Positions 22,795 through 34,724 of a stretch of 64,000 nucleotides of DNA are shown piece after piece. The DNA lies in NCBI GenBank assembly GCA_002269645.1, contig NIVC01000993.1, positions 95,532 through 159,531 on the forward strand, read 5' to 3'. Each line of letters opens with the position of its first letter. The first letter of the stretch is position 1. The stretch comes from Macrostomum lignano (lineage: Eukaryota). Made by a program: the position numbers and the translations under genes. The notes under the pieces were generated by a model, which was given only the letters and a program-made list of their open reading frames with translations, ran no database searches and was not told the DNA's origin.

Positions 22795-23915
22795 CTTGGG
22801 CTTGGCCTTGGCTTCTGCGCTTGGGCTTGGCCTTGGCTTCTGCGCTTGGGCTTTGGGCTTGGGCTTGGGCTTTGGGCTTGGCTTTGGGCTTGTCTTTGGG
22901 TTTGGCCTTGGGCTTGGCCTTAGGCTTGGCCTTAGGCTTGGCCTTAGGCTTGGCCTTAGGCTTGGCCTTAGGCTTGGCCTTAGGCTTGGCCTTAGGCTTG
23001 GCCTTAGGCTTGGCCTTAGGCTTGGCCTTAGGCTTGGCCTTAGGCTTGGCCTTAGGCTTGGCCTTAGGCTTGGCCTTAGGCTTGGCCTTAGGCTTGGCCT
23101 TAGGCTTGGCCTTAGGCTTGGCCTTAGGCTTGGCCTTAGGCTTGGCCTTAGGCTTGGCCTTAGGCTTGGCCTTAGGCTTGGCCTTAGGCTTGGCCTTAGG
23201 CTTGGCCTTAGGCTTGGCCTTAGGCTTGGCCTTAGGCTTGGCCTTAGGCTTGGCCTTAGGCTTGGCCTTAGGCTTGGCCTTAGGCTTGGCCTTAGGCTTG
23301 GCCTTAGGCTTGGCCTTAGGCTTGGCCTTAGGCTTGGCCTTAGGCTTGGCCTTAGGCTTGGCCTTAGGCTTGGCCTTAGGCTTGGCCTTAGGCTTGGCCT
23401 TAGGCTTGGCCTTAGGCTTGGCCTTAGGCTTGGCCTTAGGCTTGGCCTTAGGCTTGGCCTTAGGCTTGGCCTTAGGCTTGGCCTTAGGCTTGGCCTTAGG
23501 CTTGGCCTTAGGCTTGGCCTTAGGCTTGGCCTTAGGCTTGGCCTTAGGCTTGGCCTTAGGCTTGGCCTTAGGCTTGGCCTTAGGCTTGGCCTTAGGCTTG
23601 GCCTTAGGCTTGGCCTTAGGCTTGGCCTTAGGCTTGGCCTTAGGCTTGGCCTTAGGCTTGGCCTTAGGCTTGGCCTTAGGCTTGGCCTTAGGCTTGGCCT
23701 TAGGCTTGGCCTTAGGCTTGTCTTTGGGCTTGGCCTTGGGCTTGGCCTTGGGCTTGGCCTTGGGCTTGGGCTTGTGCTTGGCCTTGGGCTTGGCCTTGGG
23801 CTTGTCTTTGGGCTTGGCCTTGGGCTTGGCCTTGGGCTTGTCTTTGGGCTTGGGCTTGGCCTTGGGCTTGGGCTTGTGCTTGGCCTTGGGTTTGGCCTTG
23901 GGCTTAGCCTTTGGC
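22795..23915 (+). repeat. 12-bp satellite (CTTAGGCTTGGC)n with CTTGGG variant flanks
   Basis: Pure core ~22915-23718, with degenerate TTGGGC/TTGGCC units on both sides. Confidence 0.98.
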
Positions 23916-24468
23916 TAAGCCTAATTAACTAATTTTGACGTACTTGTTCTTTAATTAATACGCTCGTAGAAAATACTGGTGTAAATAATGGTTGATCCAA
24001 ATGCGTCTCAGTACGAACTTATAAAATGACTGCGCATAGGGCAGTTGTGTGTCGGGACCCTTTATTGCTTTTGTTTGCCGTTTTCACTATCAAATTTTGG
24101 CAAGCTCAATTAAAAAACATGTCAATAAACACACAAAATATGAATCTGTGTAATTTACTACGAGTTATATCAAATATGACAGCAATTTGTGAGATTGATC
24201 CTAACTAAGGTTTCTGGGTTTTTTGCAGAACGTTAATCAGCCCAATAGCCTATTGGGGCCATGCAACAACATGCAGCAGATTAGCTGGAATTTCTACGTA
24301 CATTCATATTTTGAAGTTTCCCGATTCGTACACGAGTGTGTAGATAAGCTTGGCGAGCCTTCCCAATTCCCAGATAAGGGGGGGGGGGGTAAGGCAGGGT
24401 ATAATTGGGAGTAAGCTGGCCTTGACTCTTATTTAGGCAGAATACTTTGATAGTCCAGTGATTCAACC

Positions 24469-24693
24469 ATGGCCAACCTATGCCCAGGCCTGCTTTGGGC
24501 GCTAATCTGGTTTTTGGCACTGATTTTCCTCGCCTGGCCAGTGTCCTACATCATCGCATTCGTCTACATTCTGTTGCTGCCGTTCTCCGCCTGTGTCGGT
24601 CTACTCAAACCGGTCTGCGACACCCTGCTTGGCGTGGTGAATCTCTGCCTCACCTGCGCTGAGAATATGATTGCTATGAAGCCGCTGTGCTGA
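24469..24693 (+). CDS. 74-aa hydrophobic, Cys-rich membrane protein of unknown function
   Basis: Single-exon ORF with good start context (CAACCATGG) and GC3-rich codons like the neighbouring genes. Contains long hydrophobic segments. Confidence 0.8.
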   Translation: MANLCPGLLWALIWFLALIFLAWPVSYIIAFVYILLLPFSACVGLLKPVCDTLLGVVNLCLTCAENMIAMKPLC

Positions 24694-25299
24694 TTTAATT
24701 AACATTTGCAGTCAATCCGTCGGCAGGTACTCCTACAACGTACAATCTATTTTAGTACATTTTATTTTAAATTAAAACTTTAAATTATTAATCTGCTAAT
24801 TTGATTGACTTTTACATATATATTGTGAAATTCTATCTGTGAAATTCGTTGCTGATTATGCGATGTCTTCAACCCGGATAAATTTCCCTTTTTTATCACA
24901 TTTCGATCACTTACAGCATGCTACTATAGCTACGATGAATTATCCGTTAGACACGTTGAAGGAAAAAACTGAAATAAATAATTGCACTTGCAGATAGCTA
25001 CTAGCGTCTGTTACATTATCTGAACTGCATTAGCGATATTTCATTTCGTCATCTCTAACTTGTTCTTCAGAATGTGGCATTTGCTAAAATTCAGGCGCAT
25101 ATGCAGAATCAATTGCATACACAACGCATGGTACATGTAATTTTTCCGATCACTGTGTGATTTGCTACATGTATGTATATGTTCATAAGTAGAAAGTCAG
25201 ACTTTGAATTTGCACCGAATTTTTAATCTAGCGTTAAGTTTGAGGGTTAAGGTTAGAGCTTGTGCATTTGAGGATTTTAATCGATAGTGACTGCTACAT

Positions 25300-25530
25300 A
25301 AAAATCAGTTTTCGACGATGCGACGGACTTTCGAGCTTATGATGGTGGTTGCTAAACTTTTCGACTATGTGTGTGTGATGTTTCGTAGAGCTTGCGACTT
25401 TTCGAGCTTGTGATGGTGGCATGCTAAATCAGTTTTTGACGATGTGAATTTTCCAGCTAGTGACTTTTCGAGCTTGTGATGGAGCCCTGTTTCGACGAAT
25501 CGATTTTTCGAGCTTATGATGGTGACCCGT
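25300..25530 (+). repeat. Degenerate repeats of TTTTCGAGCTTRTGATGG (4 copies)
   Basis: The motif recurs four times at irregular spacing; possibly transposon subterminal repeats. Confidence 0.55.
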
Positions 25531-27262
25531 GCCGAAAGACACTCGTAGGCAGGTTGTTCACGCGCATAAAGCCGGATTTTATAATCGTGGATTAACAAAA
25601 CAATTTTTCCTTCTAGTTTACTACTTTGTTTTAAAATGTGAATACAAAAATTAAAAAAGGCAAACATACTTTTTTGCTATATTACAAATAAAAAGTCAAA
25701 AAGAGTAGGAGAGTATTTTAAAGGGACTTTCCATGAACGTACTACTTGCTAAATAAATTCTTCTTGGATCAGCTATAAAATACAAAGGCTTCTTAGTTTC
25801 AAGCCAAAGGCACTGTAAAGAAAAATTTAATTTTAAATTACATATTGAATAGTATATGTAGACTAAAATTTAAGATTTCTGTAAAAATTTAAATCAATCC
25901 TGCAATTTGTCTCAGTTTTACAAAATATTTCTGTGAGTTTCAAGGTTAGGACTTAGGAGCAACCACTGCCCACTGGCACTAGCACTAACACTAACTGACT
26001 AACAGAGAAATAATAATAGCTTGTAATACATCAAGTTTTTATTCCATAGCTAATATGCTATATAGGGACGATAGGGTCCTTTTTACCAGGGTATCTAGTT
26101 TTGCTCATTTTTAGTATATGGATTTAATTTTAATGAAAATATTAATTTCTATGAAAAAAGTGTTGAATAATGATTAGGACTTCTAGTTCTAGTTATCTAA
26201 TTTTAATGAAACTTTTGCAACTTGTAGGCCACAGTAAAGGTGGCATGTGTATACTAGAATTATTTTTGTTATTGCCTGTGCACTCCAATACATGCTAAAC
26301 AGTGAACTAAAATTAAAAATATATAATCCAAATGTATACCATGTTATGTTTTTTATTCATTTCCAATTCTAGGCATGTAAAAAAAGTTTTTACCTCACCT
26401 GTGCCACCTCTATGAAAGGTGTAGTTAAGAAGTAGACATGCTACTTAACTAGTATAGCTAAATACTATTAGGATATTATAGAATAAGCTATATACAACCT
26501 TAAGCAAGGTGGTAGATTTCATAGAATATTCTGGCACAAATTGGCCATTTCTTAGATGCACTTTGCATATTTAGTGCATGGTGCAAAATGAGAAATGAGA
26601 TAAAGGCATACAACTTTATGTACTTTAGCATAATAGTATAATATAATATTTAGTATAGATTCTTTTGAATAGTTTTATATAAGAATTTGTTTATGTTTTG
26701 TAATATATCATTGTTTGTATTTTATGGAAAAGTGTTATATTAATACTTTTAAAACAATTGTTAATTTTATTATAAACATAAAAGACTAGTCAAAGTTTGA
26801 ATTCATTGTATTTTGCTCAAATTCATATAAATATGTTTGTCTTTTATTTTGTTTTTGGGCTATTATAATAACTCCAAACATCAGTGTATAGTGCAAGAAA
26901 AAAATATTTCTTTGGTACATGGTGCATCATGAAAATGTAGGAAATTGTTTGTGGCATATATGGTATACATCTGACTATGGTAAATAGCTATTTGTTTAGT
27001 ATATAATTGATAGTGCTATTGGACTCTAGTGTTACCTAGAGCCAAAGAGCCAGATTGCTAGGCTTTTGCTATTGCTGAGACATTGCAGCTTTGACAATAC
27101 AGCCTTCAATAATAGGTACCTATTACCCATTTTAGTTCATTACAACTGCCTGCATAATACTAATTAGCTGACGAGGCATTTTTGTCTTGAAATATAGTCA
27201 TAGTTACTCACGCCGTTTTCCCATCATGGCATTGATGCATTTCCACCCCTTAGACACAAAAA

Positions 27263-29405
27263 ATGTTCGCTGTTATCGCTTGCGGCCGCCTCGTACAGAC
27301 CGATTTCCAACAGGTGGACGCTAACAAGTTCACCCTGACTATACCGGCTGCTGACAAGGTCAACCACTTGGTATTCTTTCTTACTGGCCAATGTCCACTG
27401 CCCGATGGAGCCGCCGCTGCCGTGTACCTCGGCTGGCCCCAGCCGCCGCCCAGCCCGCCGGAGCCTGTCTGGAGCTTCATCGGTCACCTGACCAACGAGA
27501 AGCCTAGCGCTATATTTAAAATCGCGCGCACCAGACCGCAGGATCACGATCCAAATCATCCGTTTCTAGCTAATCATTTTGCCACTGGCAGTTGGACTGA
27601 TCTCACCTGTGTGCAGGTGCGCCTTATCGCCGATCGATGATTTTACTGTATCTCAGCAGAATTTTAAAGAGTCTCTGAACCCCAGACCCAGAGTTCCCCT
27701 CGCATTGAAAGTGTGAAAGTCACTTGAGAGTTGCCCTTACAAAAGCTTTGAGACTCGTTTCCAGGTTTTATTTTAGCATTAAAAGACTGGACCGCATCAT
27801 CGTGTTCCCCATAGTTCTCATATTTTGTGCTCCTAGTTATTTTTAGACTCAATCACTAAGTTAGTTTAGGGTGGCCCTGAAAAGGGCCGTTTGACTTTCT
27901 AGTTTCCAGTCACCTTTTAATACACAACACACTGTTCTACCCCCTCACCCATAGTCTCAGTTTTGAGTGGCCAATATCGCTAGATACAGGGAACTCGTAG
28001 ATATGGGACATATGAGTTCCCGTAACCATGTTCTGTCTCTGCGGCTCTGCCTAAAAAACCTTCGTATCCGTCACTTTACGTAGCCGTATTCTTAGCTACG
28101 GTATGACTCTAGTTAAGCCGAGTTGGCGCCGGTTAGTACCAGGGCTGAAATAGGTTGGGTACCTAGTTTTAACCCTAGCATTATTGCAGCCACACCCGCC
28201 CTATGTGACCGCTTTGTGTATGCAGGGTCAGGCTTGTTTGGGGAGAAAGAAATCATATTTTTAATAGCAGCACTACAATTGATATAGATCGCAGTATTAA
28301 CAGGACTTATCTTCGTTATGTATCATTTCGTTTAAGAGTTTTATTTAAGGTCAAATTTTCGCAACTTGAACTACATCTTGAACAATGTGAACTTTCAAGC
28401 TTGCAAAAATGACCCACAGCAAGAAGGCAAGCAGCAGTTATTCTCTGAGCAAAGCAAGTAGGCACACGCTCTCACAGTGTACAGCGGCCTTGTGACTTTC
28501 TCATTCTTTGGCATGTGCACTCTCTGTGCGCCTTCGCCTCAGTGGAATGTGACCACTCGATAGTAACAACAACAACACCAGTAAAAAAACGATGACAACA
28601 TAAATAACAACAACTGCAACAACTGCAACAACAGCACCAGTAATAATAACAACAACGATAACACAAATAGCAGCAACAACAAAACCAACAACAACAACAC
28701 CAGTAATAAAAACAACAACGATATCACAAATAGCAGCAACAACAAAACCAACAACAACAACACCAGTAATAAAAACAACAACGATAACAAAAATAGCAGC
28801 AACAACAACAACACCAGTAATAAAAAGAACAACGATATCACAAATAGCAGCAACAACAACAACTGCAATAACACCAGTAATAAAAACAACAACAATAAAG
28901 ACAACAGCAGCAAAACACGCTGTTTGGGTCTTCTGAAAGCTGCGTCTCAGTGCGCGCCTCCGGACCAGGTCTGCCGGTATGCTGCGGCTATGATGCAGTC
29001 TACCAGCTGCAGTCGCCTTAGATCTTGCTATTGAAACCTCACTATTTCGCACAACCATATAATTTAGCAATGGCAGAATTAATCCTTTGCTAAGACCCCT
29101 AGTATCATTAGTAACAGTTTTTGAATAATATTAAATACAATATCAATTTGCAGGTAGGCATCTCCATAGAGCCGGTGCAAACGGTAGCAGGCATGACTCC
29201 GCCAGCGGGCACTCAGGCCGACTCCACGCCAACTATGGTAGCCTTCTCGCAGCGTATGCTAGAGAGCCTCGTGAACTATTTGAGCAGTTTTGCTACAACT
29301 CCGCCTGGCGCTGCTGAGTCCTACGTGCCAATGTCGGCCGTGACCAGGTGGTATGAAACTTTTGAACGGCGTCTGCGACAGTTTCCCGACTTTTGGAAGA
29401 CTTAG
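27263..29405 (+). CDS. HIKESHI: Protein Hikeshi (OPI10 family), 2 exons, 201 aa
   Basis: Exons 27263-27616 and 29154-29405. Motifs MFAVIACGRLVQTDFQQV, NHLVFFLTG, GHLTNEKPSAIFKI, QVGISIE, RWYETFERRLRQFPDFWK. Confidence 0.95.
27869..27893 (-). other. Histone-type 3' stem-loop with no adjacent histone ORF
   Basis: The minus strand reads CAAAC-GGCCCT-TTTC-AGGGCC-ACCC, a match to the metazoan replication-dependent histone stem-loop consensus including flanks. Confidence 0.7.
28560..28915 (+). repeat. CAA/CAG-rich higher-order repeat (~60-66 bp period) in the Hikeshi intron
   Basis: Recurrent CAACAACAACACCAGTAATAAAAACAACAACGATA units. Confidence 0.9.
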
Positions 29406-30169
29406 GGCTGCCTGTTAGGGGCAGTTAGTAACAAGTTAGATAGTTCGAGATAGAAGTTCAAAGCCAATCGTGGTTGGTGTTTAAAAATAGTAGATCTGCT
29501 CTGCGTTTGGGCTCTGCCGCAGGCGCAGGTTCTGCGTGAATCAAATCAGTAAATTAAATATAAATAGAATGAGTCCTTATGAAAATTTCTGCATATAAAA
29601 GAAAAAACATCTTAACTTACTACTGAACTACTGCAAGTAGATTGGACGCAAATGTGTGGGCTAAACGGTGTGGAGAAACAGGCTACTGGCTTTACGGGCG
29701 AAAATATTCTGCTATTTCTACTTTCAGTAGTTAAGTTTGTACGCAAATTCCTCAAGTCGTCTTGTCCCGTGTGCCCTTTTGGGCCTTTGTGGACTTTTTG
29801 AGTCAAGTTAAAATTGTTTCTATTTCCTGCTTATACAATGTGGTGCCCATTGATGTGCCACTAAGGATGACTTGAAACTTTAAAAAAATTTCTTACATTT
29901 CATAAATCACTTTTGTGTGTTGAAATTTCTTACTTGACATTGCGGGTATTTATCATTGATTGTAAATTCGGAATGTGAAAGTGCATTAAAACTGACAAAA
30001 AATCAATTCGTTTGTATTATATAGAACGTTGTTTTGTCCGCAGAGATTCTTTGACTTTATTTATTCGAAATCAAAGTCATTTTTATTAGAATATGGGCTT
30101 GAATGTTTTAGAGTCATTGAAGTCTGAATTGGGTATTAAAAATTGGACAGTTCTTAGAATACTAGTATT

Positions 30170-31075
30170 ATAGTCTGGATTGGGACTTCTAAGTTGTCTA
30201 GCTCGTGGATTGGGAAATATCTAAGTTGTCCAGCTACTGGATTGGGAAATATCTAAGTTGTCCAGCTCCTGGATTGGGAAATATCTAAGTTGTCCAGCTC
30301 CTGAATTGGGAAATATCTAAGTTGTCTAGCTACTGGATTGGGAAATATCTAAGTTGTCTAGCTACTGGATTGGGAAATATCTAAGTTGTCCAGCTACTGG
30401 ATTGGGAAATATCTAAGTTGTCCAGCTCCTGGATTGGGAAATATCTAAGTTGTCCAGCTCCTGGATTGGGAAATATCTAAGTTGTCTAGCTACTGGATTG
30501 GGAAATATCTAAGTTGTCTAGCTACTGGATTGGGAAATATCTAAGTTGTCCAGCTCCTGGATTGGGAAATATCTAAGCTGTCTAGCTACTGGATTGGGAA
30601 ATATCTAAGTTGTCTAGCTACTGGATTGGGAAATATCTAAGTTGTCCAGCTACTGGATTGGGAAATATCTAAGTTGTCCAGCTACTGGATTGGGAAATAT
30701 CTAAGTTGTCTAGCTACTGGATTGGGAAATATCTAAGTTGTCCAGCTACTGGATTGGGAAATATCTAAGTTGTCCAGCTACTGGATTGGGAAATATCTAA
30801 GTTGTCCAGCTACTGGATTGGGAAATATCTAAGTTGTCTAGCTACTGGATTGGGAAATATCTAAGTTGTCTAGCTACTGGATTGGGAAATATCTAAGTTG
30901 TCCAGCTACTGGATTGGGAAATATCTAAGTTGTCTAGCTACTGGATTGGGAAATATCTAAGTTGTCCAGCTACTGGATTGGGAAATATCTAAGTTGTCTA
31001 GCTCTAGGATTGGGAAATATCTAAGTTCTCTAGCTTTAGGATTACTAATGGTTAAGTCTGGATTGGGAACATTTT
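30170..31075 (+). repeat. 32-bp minisatellite just upstream of PDHA
   Basis: (GGATTGGGAAATATCTAAGTTGTCYAGCTMCT)n. Confidence 0.98.
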
Positions 31076-31200
31076 CATCCACACTAGTGATCTCAAATTA
31101 TCATTTCCGCTTGTCTCTGCCGCCAATTGCAGCCAATTTTCGTATAGAGCCCCTTAGCAACAAAAGAATATATTATATATAAAACAATTTATACTACAAG

Positions 31201-34200
31201 ATGCCTCTCAGCTCAAGTGCGATTCGCGCTAATCTACTGCTGCTACGCGGCGGCGGCGGCCTGTTTGTAAGCAGCCGGTTGGCCTCATCAGCTGTGCTGT
31301 CTACTCGGCCCTACAAGCTGCACAAACTGGAGTCTGGACCAGCCTCTGAGGCACAGGTGACCAGTGATGAAGCTAGGAAATATTATCGCGATATGGCCAC
31401 AGTTCGCCGGATGGAAACTGCCGCCGGCAACCTCTACAAAGAGAAGGCTATTAGAGGCTTCTGTCATCTGTACAGCGGCCAGGAGGCCTGCTGCGTTGGC
31501 ATGGAAGCCGTGCTGGATAGAAACGACCCGGTGATCACGGCCTACAGGGCCCACGGTTGGACCTACACTCGCGGCGTGCCAGTGAAAGCTGTGCTTTCCG
31601 AACTGACTGGCCGGGCCAGCGGCTGCGCCAAGGGCAAGGGCGGCTCTATGCATATGTATAATCATAATTTCTACGGAGGCAATGGCATTGTTGGTGCTCA
31701 GGTGCGTCAGTGTGCTACCCTGATATCCGCCTTCCCCTGACGGATTCTATCCGCCCCCGACTGATTCTATCCGCCCCTGACTGATTCTATCCGCCCCTGA
31801 CGGATTCTATCCGCCCCCGACGGATTCTATCCGCCCCTGACGGATTCTATCCGCCCCCGACTGATTCTATCCGCCCCGACTGATTCTATCCGCCCCTGAC
31901 TGATTCTATCCGCCCCTGACTGATTCTATCCGCCCCTGACGGATTCTATCCGCCCCCGACGGATTCTATCCGCCCCGACTGCTTCCATCCGCCCCCGACT
32001 GATTCTATCCGCCCCGACTGATTCTATCCGCCCCTGACTGATTCTATCCGCCCCGACTGCTTCCATCCGCCCCCGACTGATTCTATCCGCCCCGACTGAT
32101 TCTATCCGCCCCTGACTGATTCTATCCGCCCCTGACTGATTCTATCCGCCCCTGACGGATTCTATCCGCCCCCGACTGATTCTATCCGCCCCTGACTGAT
32201 TCTATCCGCCCCTGACTGATTCTATCCGCCCCGACTGATTCTATCCGCCCCCGGCTGATTCTATCCACCCCGACTGATTCTATCCGCCCCCGGCTGATTC
32301 TATCCGCCCCTGACTGATTCTATCCGCCCTGACTGATTCTATCCGCCCCCGACTGATTCTATCCACCCCGACTGATTCTATCCGCCCCTGACTGATTCTA
32401 TCCGCCCTGACTGATTCTATCCACCCCTGACTGATTCTATCCACCCCTGACTGATTCTATCCGCCCCTGACTGATTCTATCCGCCCTGACTGATTCTATC
32501 CGCCCCCGACTGATTCTATCCGCCCCTGACTGATTCTATCCGCCCCTGACTGATTCTATCCGCCCCTGACTGATTCTATCCGCCCCTGACTGATTCTATC
32601 CGCCCCGACTGATTCTATCCGCCCCGACTGATTCTATCCGCCCCTGACTGATTCTATCCGCCCCTGACTGATTCTATCCGCCCCTGACTGATTCTATCCG
32701 CCCCTGACTGATTCTATCCGCCCCTGACTGATTCTATCCGCCCCGACTGATTCTATCCGCCCCCCCCCCTGACTGATTCTATCCGCCCCGACTGATTCTA
32801 TCCGCCCCTGACTGATTCTTTCCGCCCCGACTGATTCTATCCGCCCCCCCCTGACTGATTCTATCCGCCCCGACTGATTCTATCCGCCCCGACTGATTCT
32901 ATCCGCCCCGACTGATTCTATCCGCCCCCGACTGATTCTATCCGCCCCCGGCTGACTCTATCCGCCCCAATCTGCATCTGTCCCCGCCTATCCCAAGATT
33001 CTATCCCCCCTCCCCCTTCATCAAACCGCACAGGTGCCGCTGGGCGCAGGCATCGCATTTGCGCAGAAGTACCGCGAGGAAAAGCGCGTGTGCGTCACCC
33101 TCTACGGCGACGGAGCCGCCAATCAGGGCCAGGTGTTCGAAGCTTTCAACATGGCCAAACTGTGGGATCTGCCGTGCATCTTCGTGTGCGAAAACAACAA
33201 ATACGGCATGGGCACTGCGGTTGAACGGGCTGCCGCTTCCACCGCCTATTACACTAGGGGCGATTACATCCCCGGCCTGTGGGTGGACGCTATGGACGTC
33301 ATTACTGTTCGGGAGGCCACCCGGTTCGCCAAGGACTGGTGTCTGTCCGGCAAGGGACCGATTCTGCTGGAAATGGAGACTTACAGGTGCTCCTACTGTT
33401 GTTATGATCTATTCTGTTTTAATTTTAGTACAATGCCAATGTGCCATTAATCCTACTGACAACCTCCCATAAATCCCATTAAGAATCTCATATAAATCCT
33501 ATCAAGAATCACCCATTAATCCCATTAGGAGACTCCCATTAATCTCATTAGGAATCTCCTATTAACTCCACCAAGAATCTCCCATTAATCTCATTAGGAA
33601 TCTCCTATTAACTCCACCAAGAATCTCCCATTAATCTCATTAGGAATCTCCTATTAACTCCACCAAGAATCTCCCATTAATCTCATTAGGAATCTCCTAT
33701 TAACTCCACCAAGAATCTCCCATTAATCCCATTAGGAATCTCCTATTAACTCCACCAAGAATCTCCCATTAATCTCATTAGGAATCTCCTATTAACTCCA
33801 CCAAGAATCTCCCATTAATCTCATTAGGAATCTCCTATTAACTCCACCAAGAATCTCCCATTAATCTCATTAGGAATCTCCTATTAACTCCACCAAGAAT
33901 CTCCCATTAATCTCATTAGGAATCTCCTATTAACTCCACCAAGAATCTCCCATTAATCTCATTAGGAATCTCCTATTAACTCCACCAAGAATCTCCCATT
34001 AATCTCATTAGGAATCTCCTATTAACTCCACCAAGAATCTCCCATTAATCCCATTAGGAATCTCCTATTAACTCCACCAAGAATCTCCCATTAATCTCAT
34101 TAGGAATCTCCTATTAACTCCACCAAGAATCTCCCATTAATCCCAGTATGAATCTTGCATAAATTGCATTAAGAATCTCTCAATCGCATCCAGAATCTGC

Positions 34201-34575
34201 CATAAATCGCATTGAAAACCTCTCATTAATCCCATTTTGCCCCGCCCCATCACTCGCAGATACCACGGACACAGCATGAGCGACCCCGGCACCAGCTATC
34301 GCACCCGAGAGGAAGTGCAGTCCATGCGCCAGATGCGCGATCCCATAGCCAGCTTTAGGCAGACTCTACTCACCGCCGAGTTGGTAGCCGAGGAGGAGCT
34401 CAAAGAGATTGACCAATCAGTGCGCAAAGAAGTTGACGAAGCTGTCCAAGCCGCGAAAACTAATGCCGTGCCCGACCCGAAGGAGCTGTACACCAATGTG
34501 TACAGTCAGCCGCCCAGCGGCCAGCCCAACTATCGGATTAGAGGCATCGATCAGTTCACCTGGAGTGCTAATTAA
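31201..34575 (+). CDS. PDHA1: Pyruvate dehydrogenase E1 alpha subunit, 389 aa, 3 exons
   Basis: Exons 31201-31701, 33034-33386 and 34260-34575 (phases 0, 2). Motifs [25 protein letters not shown]-binding GDGAANQGQ...[20 protein letters not shown]-terminal transit-like peptide. Confidence 0.97.
31735..32970 (+). repeat. ~19-21-bp minisatellite filling PDHA intron 1
   Basis: (CTGATTCTATCCGCCCC[T]GA)n with a variable C run. Confidence 0.98.
33470..34190 (+). repeat. 46-bp (2 x 23) minisatellite filling PDHA intron 2
   Basis: AAGAATCTCCCATTAATCTCATT + AGGAATCTCCTATTAACTCCACC. Confidence 0.97.
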
Positions 34576-34724
34576 ACATATTTGATATATTGGACTTATT
34601 GAACTTCGGTGCAAGAGCCGATAGTTATATACAATTTGTAACTGGGTACTCCGTGATGCTACAGGTTGCTTATGTTTGTTTTATGTGATCTGCAAATTAA
34701 TTCATCTTATTGTATTAGTTAGGA

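Noticed and set aside
22915-23718. Interstitial telomere (TTAGGC is the nematode repeat)
   Set aside because: TTAGGC strictly alternates with TTGGCC, so it is not a telomerase-type array.
22757-23932. 391-aa and 365-aa Gly/Leu/Arg/Ala ORFs
   Set aside because: Translations of a stop-free 12-bp satellite.
28169-28178. piggyBac-like end TTAACCCTAG
   Set aside because: Only 10 bp match, and there is no partner end nearby.
28501-29070. 189-aa hydrophobic antisense ORF as the gene for the histone stem-loop
   Set aside because: It is a low-complexity TTG/GTT translation ending ~600 nt from the stem-loop, with no histone similarity.
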